DNA of 64,000 nt, from the IMG/VR virus record IMGVR_UViG_3300042258_000341, positions 32,001-96,000 of that record; one strand, given 5' to 3'. The DNA is from a virus (lineage: Duplodnaviria > Caudoviricetes). Below, in pieces: positions 48,981 to 57,397 of this stretch. Made by a program: the position numbers and the translations under genes. Positions within the stretch are counted from its first letter, which is position 1. Every line of letters begins with the position of its first letter. Below the pieces are notes generated by a model that was not told where the DNA came from, did no database searches, and saw nothing but the letters and a program-made list of their open reading frames with translations.

Positions 48981-49522
48981 TATATTTCTTCCTTCTCATT
49001 ATCTTCCGAATAAACATAAACATCTTCGGAATCTTCGCTTTCTGCATCGAAAGTAATAGGGAATAACTTAAATTCAATATCCACCCCGATTTTATTAAAA
49101 ATAGGGAAAGAGGCTCGTATGAAGTTAACAATATTTATATAACCCGAACCTGCAACCAATCCAAATATATCCCCATCTAAGTAGAAATGCATCTTGGCTT
49201 TATGCTCCGCAGCGTCTAAGGTTAAACTCACATAAACATCATACGGGCTGGGACTCCTACTTTCTGCCAACTCATTGTCGGAAAGTATTAATTTCAGATA
49301 TTGCCCGATAAACAAAGAGTATTCATTAAGGGCTTGAAACATTTTTATTTGTTTCTCAGACAATAAGTTTCCGTGGGTATCGTATTTAAGATCCGAAAAC
49401 ACTTCAACTCCTGTGATATTTAAAGCTGAGTGTGTGAAATGATCTTCGAGATTTTCAAGAATTTCTTGAGAAGCATTTGAGTCTCTTGAAATATTTTTGT
49501 TGTTGATAAATATGTTTTTCAT
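48980..49522 (-). CDS. Hypothetical protein
   Basis: ORF in operon. Confidence 0.6.
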   Translation of the reverse strand: MKNIFINNKNISRDSNASQEILENLEDHFTHSALNITGVEVFSDLKYDTHGNLLSEKQIKMFQALNEYSLFIGQYLKLILSDNELAESRSPSPYDVYVSLTLDAAEHKAKMHFYLDGDIFGLVAGSGYINIVNFIRASFPIFNKIGVDIEFKLFPITFDAESEDSEDVYVYSEDNEKEEI

Positions 49523-49526
49523 AAAT

Positions 49527-50162
49527 TTATTGTCCTGATATTTGATTTAAAATAGTGTTTCCTTGAGAATCTAAAGAAACTTCGTAACAATTATCCGCCG
49601 CAATCGCGAATTCTTTTTGATGGGTGACAAGTAGAATAGGGGTGTCAAATTCTTGGGATAATGTTTTTAAAAATTCAGACATTGCCGGGATGTAATTAAC
49701 TGCGAGAAAAGAAAGAGTTTCATCAAACACAAGCAAAGGAAATCTTTTTGTTACGATATTGAATAAAACTTTTAAAACTACCGCTATTACCGCAAGCACC
49801 CCGCCTCCGAAGGAATGAATACTCCCTTGGATTTTATCTTTCATAATTACAAAAGAATACACATTATTTCCTCTTTTTACACTTTGTTCGATTTGGAAAG
49901 AGAGATTAATATCCGGGAAAATCAAAGATAACGCCCTATTTACAAAAGTTTCTATTTTCTGTAAATTTTGTCTCGATATCTTTTCAACAACTTCTTGTAG
50001 AATATTTTCAGCAATGTGTAAATAAGTCATTCTCTGCTTGAGGTTTGTAACACTTTCTTCTTTTTCTTTTATTTTTTCCAACAAAGAAGTTAATTGGAAC
50101 TCTGTGTTTTTTACAGAAACCCGTAAATCGAAAAGTTGTTTTTTTGCGCTTTCTATTTGCAT
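49527..50162 (-). CDS. SbcC/Rad50/gp46-like ATPase, C-terminal half only
   Basis: Coiled coil, SFGGG signature, LVFDE Walker B, LVTH; no Walker A. Confidence 0.75.
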   Translation of the reverse strand: MQIESAKKQLFDLRVSVKNTEFQLTSLLEKIKEKEESVTNLKQRMTYLHIAENILQEVVEKISRQNLQKIETFVNRALSLIFPDINLSFQIEQSVKRGNNVYSFVIMKDKIQGSIHSFGGGVLAVIAVVLKVLFNIVTKRFPLLVFDETLSFLAVNYIPAMSEFLKTLSQEFDTPILLVTHQKEFAIAADNCYEVSLDSQGNTILNQISGQ

Positions 50163-50257
50163 GTGTATTTATTTCCTATTCTTTTTCTATATATACTGTT
50201 CAATATCAGCTATTTACTATATTATTGTTGCAAAGTTCTTGAAAGCAAGAACTTTTT

Positions 50258-50566
50258 TTACTCCAAAACAATGTAAATTTTTTGTATGTCCGATTTAATC
50301 AGAGGCAATAAGTGTAAAACTTCTTTCACTTTATATTTTGTGTTATCTGAAAGAAGAATATAATCCCCTGCCCGGGGGAGGTGTTGTAAATGATTTTTGT
50401 ATGCCGTTTGTGTTTCTGTGGAAGCTATTTTTGTTTTATTTACAACAAGGGGTTGATAATTAGCATCTGTAAAATAAATAGCTGCGTGTTTATCCGGGGT
50501 GGAAGTAGACTCGGAATAATCACTAAAAGACTTAAGAGGCTCTTGTATTCTTTTAGATATTGGCAT
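50258..50566 (-). CDS. Hypothetical protein
   Basis: LPRAGDYI...YKVKEV.H. Confidence 0.55.
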   Translation of the reverse strand: MPISKRIQEPLKSFSDYSESTSTPDKHAAIYFTDANYQPLVVNKTKIASTETQTAYKNHLQHLPRAGDYILLSDNTKYKVKEVLHLLPLIKSDIQKIYIVLE

Positions 50567-52112
50567 CTATCAACTCCAACTTTCTCAAGAAACTCGAAGT
50601 TTTTCTCTTCTTCATTTCATTGTATTCTTCTTGATATTTTTTCCCCGTTGCCGGGTTGATTCCGTATATATCCCATTTAACAGTTAATCCCTCTGGAAGT
50701 TTTGTTATTGCTGTTCCGTAAAGGTTTAAAGTACCACCGACCGTTGTTAAGCCTTCAGGAAGTTTTGTTATTGCTGTTCTTCTAAGGTCTAAAGTACCAC
50801 CGACCGTTGTTAAGCCTTCAGGAAGTTTTGTTATTGCTGTTCCTTCAAGGTCTAAATAACCACCGACAGTTGTTAATCCCTCGGGAAGCTTTGTTATTGC
50901 TGTTCCGTAAAGGTCTAAATTACCGCCAACAGTTGTTAAGCTCTCTGGAAGTTTTGTTATTGCTGTTTCTCGAAGGAATAAAGAACCACCGACAGTTGTT
51001 AAGCTCTCTGGAAGTTTTGTTATTGCTGTTCCGTAAAGGTTTAAATTACCGCCAACAGTTGTTAAGCCTTCAGGAAGTTTTGTTATTGCTGTTCCGTAAA
51101 GGTCTAAAGAACCACCGACCGTTGTTAAGCCTTCAGGAAGTTTTGTTATTGCTGTCCCTCTAAGGTCTAAATAACCACCTACAGTTGTTAAGCTCTCTGG
51201 AAGTTTTGTTATTGCTGTTTCTCTAAGGTCTAAATAACCACCGACAGTTGTTAATCCCTCGGGAAGTTTTGTTATTGCTGTTCCGTAAAGGTTTAAATTA
51301 CCCGGGAAAACCGAGGGTAATTCTATCGGGAAATCCCTTAAATTAAGGATTGCTCGTTTAAGTTCGGTTGTGTCCCCTTGTTTAACCGCTTTATTTACTC
51401 GTCGTTGGATTTCTGCATAATTATCAACAATCGCTAAATCATCTCTGCTCGGGCTGGATACAGAAATCTTAGGTTTCTTGAACCGAACAAGAATTTTATT
51501 CAAGACCTCGAAATCTTGTTTCAAGACATAAGGAGTTGATTGGCTTGGGCTGTGATTTTGACCGTTTCGCAGTTCGTAATCTGTAAAGTACCAAACTTCT
51601 TCTTGTGTTATTGCGAACAAAGGCTCGTTTTGTTTATAAACAATCTGAAATGCGCCACGCTTCTGTAAATAATCTTGAGCTGTAGAAACATTCTGCACAC
51701 ACCAATGCGAACCTTGACTTAATTTCGATAAAGCTTGTGGGGTTGACGCTTCGTAAACAACATATCCTCCGGGTAAAGAAAACAATTCTTGAGTCCCGGT
51801 TTCGCTTTGTTGTTCGGATTCAAGTTTTGTTTCATCCGCTGTTCGATATTGTTCTACCGCTTTATGCAGTTCTTCGTGGGTTTTATATTGTTCGATTTGT
51901 TTCTTGAGTTCGGGTTTATTGATATCCCGTTTCTTACGAATGTTTTCCATCCATCTTCGAATATCCAAGCCCACAATATCCGGGTCGAATTGTACAAATT
52001 CCCCGGATTGTGTTCGCTTTTCCGCCCGTTTCTCGAAAACCCTTAAATAATTTTTAAGCTGTTCTTCGAAAGAAGCTGAAAATTTAAGTGTGGAGTATTT
52101 CAGGATTGTCAT
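50553..52112 (-). CDS. Modular LRR protein (MTILKYS leader, WC domain, 10 LRRs, FLRKL tail)
   Basis: GSHWCV; LRRs and C-terminal cap nearly identical to 27027-28382. Confidence 0.8.
   Translation of the reverse strand: MTILKYSTLKFSASFEEQLKNYLRVFEKRAEKRTQSGEFVQFDPDIVGLDIRRWMENIRKKRDINKPELKKQIEQYKTHEELHKAVEQYRTADETKLESEQQSETGTQELFSLPGGYVVYEASTPQALSKLSQGSHWCVQNVSTAQDYLQKRGAFQIVYKQNEPLFAITQEEVWYFTDYELRNGQNHSPSQSTPYVLKQDFEVLNKILVRFKKPKISVSSPSRDDLAIVDNYAEIQRRVNKAVKQGDTTELKRAILNLRDFPIELPSVFPGNLNLYGTAITKLPEGLTTVGGYLDLRETAITKLPESLTTVGGYLDLRGTAITKLPEGLTTVGGSLDLYGTAITKLPEGLTTVGGNLNLYGTAITKLPESLTTVGGSLFLRETAITKLPESLTTVGGNLDLYGTAITKLPEGLTTVGGYLDLEGTAITKLPEGLTTVGGTLDLRRTAITKLPEGLTTVGGTLNLYGTAITKLPEGLTVKWDIYGINPATGKKYQEEYNEMKKRKTSSFLRKLELIDANI
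50678..51303 (-). repeat. 63-bp tandem repeat (10 LRR units)
   Basis: GGAAGTTTTGTTATTGCTGT recurs with a 63-nt period. Confidence 0.9.
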
Positions 52113-52654
52113 TTCGCAATAAGGTTTACATTTAAAATAACAGTCATGGGGAATTCAGAATCAATTTCAAAAGGAAGTAAATAAGAAGAGGATACTATTA
52201 CATCTTCTGCGATGTCTTTGAATTTCTTGGATTTAACACATCGATCTTTTACGGTTTCTTCGAGTTCGAACTGGGCTTTTGTGAGGGAGTGATACATGGA
52301 AGGTTCTATTATCTTCAACCCTTCCATAGAAACATAGTTTTTATTTGTTAAAAAAGAAAGAGGGGCAAAATATTCGTCTTGAAATTCAGGAAAAAGTGTG
52401 GAGCTAAAAGTTGTGACAAAAAATAAAGGAATTGTTAATAAATCGATATCTTCTTCAACATTACCGGAAGACATTTGAAACTTAGACATTTCTTGTTGGT
52501 AGACTTCGTATTTAAGTTGTGTGAATTTTAAATATTTTCGAATGTTTTTAATTCTTAACGGGTTGAGAAGAGAAAGCCATTCTTTTGTGAGTTTATTGTA
52601 ATCGGTCGTATTCAAATAACCGTTTTTTTCCAAATCTTTAAAATTAATGTCCAT
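52109..52654 (-). CDS. Hypothetical protein
   Basis: ORF with ATGA overlap into 52112. Confidence 0.6.
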   Translation of the reverse strand: MDINFKDLEKNGYLNTTDYNKLTKEWLSLLNPLRIKNIRKYLKFTQLKYEVYQQEMSKFQMSSGNVEEDIDLLTIPLFFVTTFSSTLFPEFQDEYFAPLSFLTNKNYVSMEGLKIIEPSMYHSLTKAQFELEETVKDRCVKSKKFKDIAEDVIVSSSYLLPFEIDSEFPMTVILNVNLIAK

Positions 52655-52747
52655 GTAGAAGAGAACCCCCCTCGAAGAAATAAAATAAAGTAACTACATC
52701 TGATGGTAATTTCATTATGTATTTAAGCGAAGAGGGTTCGTCTTTTT

Positions 52748-54028
52748 CTACAAAGTAGTGTCGCCGTTTTCAGAAGCTTTTGGCGGTCTTCCTCTGCGTC
52801 CTTTTTTGGAAGAAGTTTTTTCAGGTTCTTCTTCGAATCCTGCGGGGGCAACATCTTGTCCTTTTTTATCTTCGGCAGTAAAATCAACCCCTAACACAGC
52901 TTTTTCTACAAGAAGAGTTGTGGCGGTTTGTTCTTCTCTTAATTTATCAAGAAGAGCTAAAGCGTCTTGCAGTAATTCTGGAGAATTTAAGAACTGTTCT
53001 TCGCCAACAGCTTTACCCCTTGCGGTAAATTCCGGGATATTTAAACCTATGTATTTAAAAGTAGCTCCGTTTTGGGTGATTCTTCCTCTGTTTCTTAAAA
53101 TTTCAAGTAAATCTTTTCCCGTATTCCATCCCGCTTTTTGTCCGGGAAGTTGAGCATCAAAATGTGTATACCCTTTTAGTTCAGGACGGGCACATTTATT
53201 TTTAACATTTGTGATTTGAACTCTTCGGGTTTTAATTATTTCTTCTTCTTCCCCAGAAACAGGGTTTACTTGTTTTTCTTTTTCAGTGCCTTTCAGTTCC
53301 ATTATCATGCGAATAGAAGCTAAGAAACGAGGGGTCATTCCGCCGGGGGCTGTTTTATCCTGTCCGTATTTATCGTTTGCGGAAATTCCGGGGCCTTGTG
53401 TGAATCTGTCTCTTGCGATTTGATATCTTACTTGATTTGTATACACAGCAGCAAAATTATTCAAATAAGCTTCTCTGCGTAATTTGTGTGTAAAGCGTCC
53501 AATAAGTCTTGCGTGAATCCCCACTTGAACATTGTCTTCAAGAGAACCATCAAGAATCGCTTGCGGTAACATACAGGCGATAGAATCAAAACCCATAAGG
53601 TCAATTTTAAGATCCGATTCCAGAAGTTTCTCGAAAATAACATCACCCTCTTCTAAACTTAAAGGTTGGAAAAGAAAGAAAGTTTCCATATCCAGTTTCA
53701 AACCGTAGCTTTCGAAGGCATAGTCCGGGTCGAAACATTGCTCGAAATCGAAGAGAACACAAACTTGTCCTCTTTTTTGCGCAGCTCCCATTGCTTTTAA
53801 AAGCAGCGAGGTTTTTCCCGTGCTCTCCATTGCGATGATTTCGGTAATTCTTCCTTTCGGGAACCCCCCTATACCCGTAATTAAATCAAAAACAAGATTC
53901 CCGGAGGAAACTGTTTCATATTGTTTATTAGGATCAAAAATAATATCGGGGTTTGTTTTGTTGAATTTTTTTTGAATTTCTTTCAAAACATCTCCGATAG
54001 CTTTTCCTTTTTTATTATCTTCTGCCAT
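52748..54028 (-). CDS. recA: RecA/UvsX-like recombinase
   Basis: GIGGFPKGRITEI, ESTGKT, DSIA, NQVR, PGG, KNK. Confidence 0.9.
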   Translation of the reverse strand: MAEDNKKGKAIGDVLKEIQKKFNKTNPDIIFDPNKQYETVSSGNLVFDLITGIGGFPKGRITEIIAMESTGKTSLLLKAMGAAQKRGQVCVLFDFEQCFDPDYAFESYGLKLDMETFFLFQPLSLEEGDVIFEKLLESDLKIDLMGFDSIACMLPQAILDGSLEDNVQVGIHARLIGRFTHKLRREAYLNNFAAVYTNQVRYQIARDRFTQGPGISANDKYGQDKTAPGGMTPRFLASIRMIMELKGTEKEKQVNPVSGEEEEIIKTRRVQITNVKNKCARPELKGYTHFDAQLPGQKAGWNTGKDLLEILRNRGRITQNGATFKYIGLNIPEFTARGKAVGEEQFLNSPELLQDALALLDKLREEQTATTLLVEKAVLGVDFTAEDKKGQDVAPAGFEEEPEKTSSKKGRRGRPPKASENGDTTL

Positions 54029-54035
54029 ATAGAAA

Positions 54036-54533
54036 TTATTTACCTTTCTTTACAAAATCAGATTGTCCGTGCCAGATTCTTTTCATTATCAAATCTGACT
54101 TATATACCGCAATAGCTAAAGCTTGCCACATGTCAGCAGTAATGTTTTCGAGAATTGTGCCTTTTTGTTTTGTACGTGTGTTCCCATTCCCATATCGGGT
54201 AATAAGAATGGTTCGAATTGCGGAATCATTTGCTTTCGGGGAGCCGGAATGATATGTAACTACAGTTTTTCGGAAAATAAATTCAACTTTGCTTCTTCCG
54301 AATATTTCTGCAAAAATACCTATCCAGACACAAGTATCTAAAACACTCGCTCCAACTTGCCCGTATGCTGAGATCATTTCGATACAACATAAATCACAAG
54401 TCTTTTTTAAATCCCTTATTTTTACAGCAACTTCATCGTTTGTTTCTTTCCCAGAAACAATTATTTTTTCGGTTTTTTCATCCCAAACAACATAGGCACT
54501 TAATTCGTTTCCCGGGTCGATAGATAGAATCAC
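54036..54533 (-). CDS. RuvC-like Holliday junction resolvase
   Basis: ILSIDPG, CIE, DMWQALAIA; GTG start at 54533 preferred because a terminator-like hairpin occupies 54560-54595. Confidence 0.7.
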   Translation of the reverse strand: MILSIDPGNELSAYVVWDEKTEKIIVSGKETNDEVAVKIRDLKKTCDLCCIEMISAYGQVGASVLDTCVWIGIFAEIFGRSKVEFIFRKTVVTYHSGSPKANDSAIRTILITRYGNGNTRTKQKGTILENITADMWQALAIAVYKSDLIMKRIWHGQSDFVKKGK

Positions 54534-54639
54534 GTAAAAAACCTTTCTTAAAGTTAATAGGCAACCGAGAAACAAATACATCATTCTCGGTTGCCGGGTA
54601 ACTGTTATTCACAAATACAGCAGAATAACATGAAAAACT

Positions 54640-55437
54640 TTAAGAAGCGGGTTTTACGAGTTTATTGAACGGGGATTCTGCAGTTGCTGATCCGGTTTGA
54701 TCTGCCACTTGAGCTTGAGGGGTGTTTCCTGCGGGAGCAGCTATTTGCGGTTGTTGAAAAGGATTTACAGCATTTGGGGTTGTTGTTGCGGTATCCCAGC
54801 CAAGTTTTATCGCAAGTTCTTCTGTTGGGATTGTGTTGGGAAGGTATTTTTTCAGTGCGGATTGATACAGAGATAGCCCCTGTTCTGCAATTGCAGCGGC
54901 ATCGGGAAGATGTTTCCACAAACAATCTTGTGCGGGTTGCATAGTCATGTTCTGGAATTTGATATCTGATTTTCCATCAAGACAAACAATCACATCTCTT
55001 CCGAAAAGATTCCATTCTTGATGCATGTTTTTGAGAGACTGCCATTTATCTGTTCCGAGAGGCCACACATAGTATGTGAATGTGGGGTTTCCTTCGGCAT
55101 TTTTAATAACAACCCCGTTTTTATCGGTATCGTAGCGAATAACGATAGTGAGGAATTTTATTTTAGGTTCCCCGTAACGAGCAATCAATTTAGCCATGAA
55201 TTCTTTGTCTTGGAGAGGAGCTTCGAAGCTGAATTTATTGTTTTCGTTGACTTCTACAAAGTAGTATTGAGAGAGCTTGAGGAGCGGAGAATTGTTGTTG
55301 TTTACATCAAAGGCAATCAGTGAAATTCGAGCTTTTTCATCTTTACCGAGATTTGGGAATTTTTCAACGATGTTTAATTTTACATCTGAGTCAAGAGTAA
55401 CGTCCATTGCGCCGGAGAATTTAAAAGTTTCAGCCAT
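54640..55437 (-). CDS. Putative single-stranded DNA-binding protein
   Basis: Upstream of RuvC/RecA; beta-rich core with aromatic residues and a flexible tail; AAGGA RBS (inference). Confidence 0.45.
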   Translation of the reverse strand: MAETFKFSGAMDVTLDSDVKLNIVEKFPNLGKDEKARISLIAFDVNNNNSPLLKLSQYYFVEVNENNKFSFEAPLQDKEFMAKLIARYGEPKIKFLTIVIRYDTDKNGVVIKNAEGNPTFTYYVWPLGTDKWQSLKNMHQEWNLFGRDVIVCLDGKSDIKFQNMTMQPAQDCLWKHLPDAAAIAEQGLSLYQSALKKYLPNTIPTEELAIKLGWDTATTTPNAVNPFQQPQIAAPAGNTPQAQVADQTGSATAESPFNKLVKPAS

Positions 55438-55564
55438 TTGTTTTTCCTTTACATTTAAGTAGTTTTGGTTTAGGAGCCAGAGAGTTTAGTTTAGGAGCTT
55501 AGTTTCTTTTGGAAGGAGCTTGTGTTTTTTCATCACCTCCGATTTTAATTTCAGAGTTCTTAAG

Positions 55565-56059
55565 TTATACACTAATATACTCAGAACTTTCAATAATTTT
55601 CATTAAAAAATTAAAAAAAAGATTTTTTTCAGCATTTACCGAAATGAAGGGGAGATTTAATATCTTAAACAAAGGTTTCTGTTGGATAAGTTTTAAATCT
55701 TCTGGGATTAAATCTACGATTGCAAAGTAATATACGTGATTATGTAAGGGGGATAGTGAAAGGTATTCTTTAACAAGATTTATCTTTTCAGGAGAAATAT
55801 CGAAATTTTCAAAAAAGAAGTCGTTGATCCGATAGAAATTGTCTTCAACCTTTCCTAACGATTCAAGTGAAACCAGTAGCGGTTGGTATTTACCGACAAT
55901 TTCTTTTTGTTGCGGATTTAAAAAAATAAAATCGGTGCCGCTTTTAAGAAACAGGCACAAATATACGTTTTCTTCGGCTTTTGTTGTGAAAGGTAGTGTC
56001 GTTGGTTGGCTGAAGAAAGTATTTATTTTTTCGAATATTTGTGTCAAGAATTCGTTCAT
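55565..56059 (-). CDS. Hypothetical protein
   Basis: ORF in operon. Confidence 0.6.
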   Translation of the reverse strand: MNEFLTQIFEKINTFFSQPTTLPFTTKAEENVYLCLFLKSGTDFIFLNPQQKEIVGKYQPLLVSLESLGKVEDNFYRINDFFFENFDISPEKINLVKEYLSLSPLHNHVYYFAIVDLIPEDLKLIQQKPLFKILNLPFISVNAEKNLFFNFLMKIIESSEYISV

Positions 56060-56700
56060 GTGATTGAAAATCCCATTCTTTCGGAAGGATCCCGGTATTT
56101 TTCAAGAAGGCGTAAAGAAGACTCCATGCGCAACTGTAAATTCATACGAGGTTGTAAGATATCTTCGAGTATTTTGCTGAGTTCTTTTATCATATTCGAA
56201 AGGAAGTTTTTGTAAACTTCCATATCGTTAAGAATCGCTTCTTTATGGTTTTTAAGTTCTTTTCGGGAATCGAAAGTTTCTTTCAAAACAATTTCTGCGG
56301 CAGAAGAAAAAGAAGTGACATAGCCTTTGGCTTGTGTGAAAATGGAAATATAGTGAATTAATTCTTCTTTTTGTTGTTGTGTTTTTTGTAGTTTAACATG
56401 TATCTTATTACAGAAATCGGCAACTTCTTCCATCATAGGTTTAGAGCTTAATTGTAAAGTTTCTTCCGTGTCTAATGTGGCTTTTTTTATTGCAAGAGAT
56501 ATGTCCGTAAGGAGTTTAATATCTATCGTTTTTACAAGCTCTTTTAATGTGTCGTTGAGAAAAGAAACCACAATTTCCTGTGGAGTTTTTTCAGGGTGAT
56601 AGGTTATCTTCTTTTCTATTTCTTCCCGAAGCATAAATACTGTAAATGGGAGAAAAGGTTTAGATAGAAGGTCTTGTAATACTTCTTGAGTGTTGATCAT
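56056..56700 (-). CDS. Hypothetical coiled-coil protein
   Basis: ATGA-coupled ORF. Confidence 0.6.
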   Translation of the reverse strand: MINTQEVLQDLLSKPFLPFTVFMLREEIEKKITYHPEKTPQEIVVSFLNDTLKELVKTIDIKLLTDISLAIKKATLDTEETLQLSSKPMMEEVADFCNKIHVKLQKTQQQKEELIHYISIFTQAKGYVTSFSSAAEIVLKETFDSRKELKNHKEAILNDMEVYKNFLSNMIKELSKILEDILQPRMNLQLRMESSLRLLEKYRDPSERMGFSIT

Positions 56701-57332
56701 AGTTTATCTATTTCCTGTTCGTTTTTGGTATTCTTTTTCTTTTTGGGTTCCGCTTTCTGCAAGTCCCACATAAGAGAAATAAGAAAATCTAAGTATTTCT
56801 TTTCATATTCGACATTTGTTTTTATTTCTGCAGGAGAAAAAGAGATATACTGTTTAAGCTGTAGAAATCGAGCACGAAACATAAGATATTCAGCAATAAC
56901 ATCGGGTGTGCAAATATCTGCAGAAAACTCCAGATGGAACGGTTTAAAAGTTATAAATATGTTCTGTCCGGGGTACTGTAGGTATTTGAAAGTAGGGCAA
57001 TCCAAGTTACCTATCGAAGGGAAGTTATTTTCAAATTCCGCAATTTCCTCCAAGGAAAGTTGTTTATCCAAGTTTTGTATCTCAAGTATCCATATTTTAT
57101 AAAAGTCATTTTGTGCAATTCCCGCAAGAATATCCCCAGATAGAAAGCCTATTGTCACATCGTTTTCAGTCGCTTTGAAACTTTCCTTTATTGCTGGTTT
57201 TAAAGTCACTTCATACCCTAAAGAAGAGAAAGAAGATGCTTGTTTAGAAGTAACATTGATCTTTTCCACTTGTGGGTTCAAATAAGATTCCAGCCAAAAT
57301 TGGATTGTATTTAAAGGTTCGGGTATTTGCAT
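56697..57332 (-). CDS. Hypothetical protein
   Basis: AAGGTG RBS. Confidence 0.6.
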   Translation of the reverse strand: MQIPEPLNTIQFWLESYLNPQVEKINVTSKQASSFSSLGYEVTLKPAIKESFKATENDVTIGFLSGDILAGIAQNDFYKIWILEIQNLDKQLSLEEIAEFENNFPSIGNLDCPTFKYLQYPGQNIFITFKPFHLEFSADICTPDVIAEYLMFRARFLQLKQYISFSPAEIKTNVEYEKKYLDFLISLMWDLQKAEPKKKKNTKNEQEIDKL

Positions 57333-57397
57333 ATTTATTACACCTTTCTATTTATCTATATCCTTAAATATACGATTCTTTTTTTCTTTTTACATAA

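Noticed and set aside
27768..51303. Diversity-generating retroelement acting on the LRR repeats (variable codons such as AAT/TAT/GAT/ACT/TCT and AAC/GAC/TTC look adenine-centred)
   Set aside because: No reverse transcriptase or non-coding template repeat is in the window, and non-adenine synonymous differences (GGT/GGC, CCT/CTT) also occur. Repeat recombination explains it more simply. An RT elsewhere in the genome would reopen the question.
44725..54028. Inteins or introns in terminase or RecA
   Set aside because: Lengths and motif spacing are ordinary; no intein C...HN ends or LAGLIDADG motifs were recognised.
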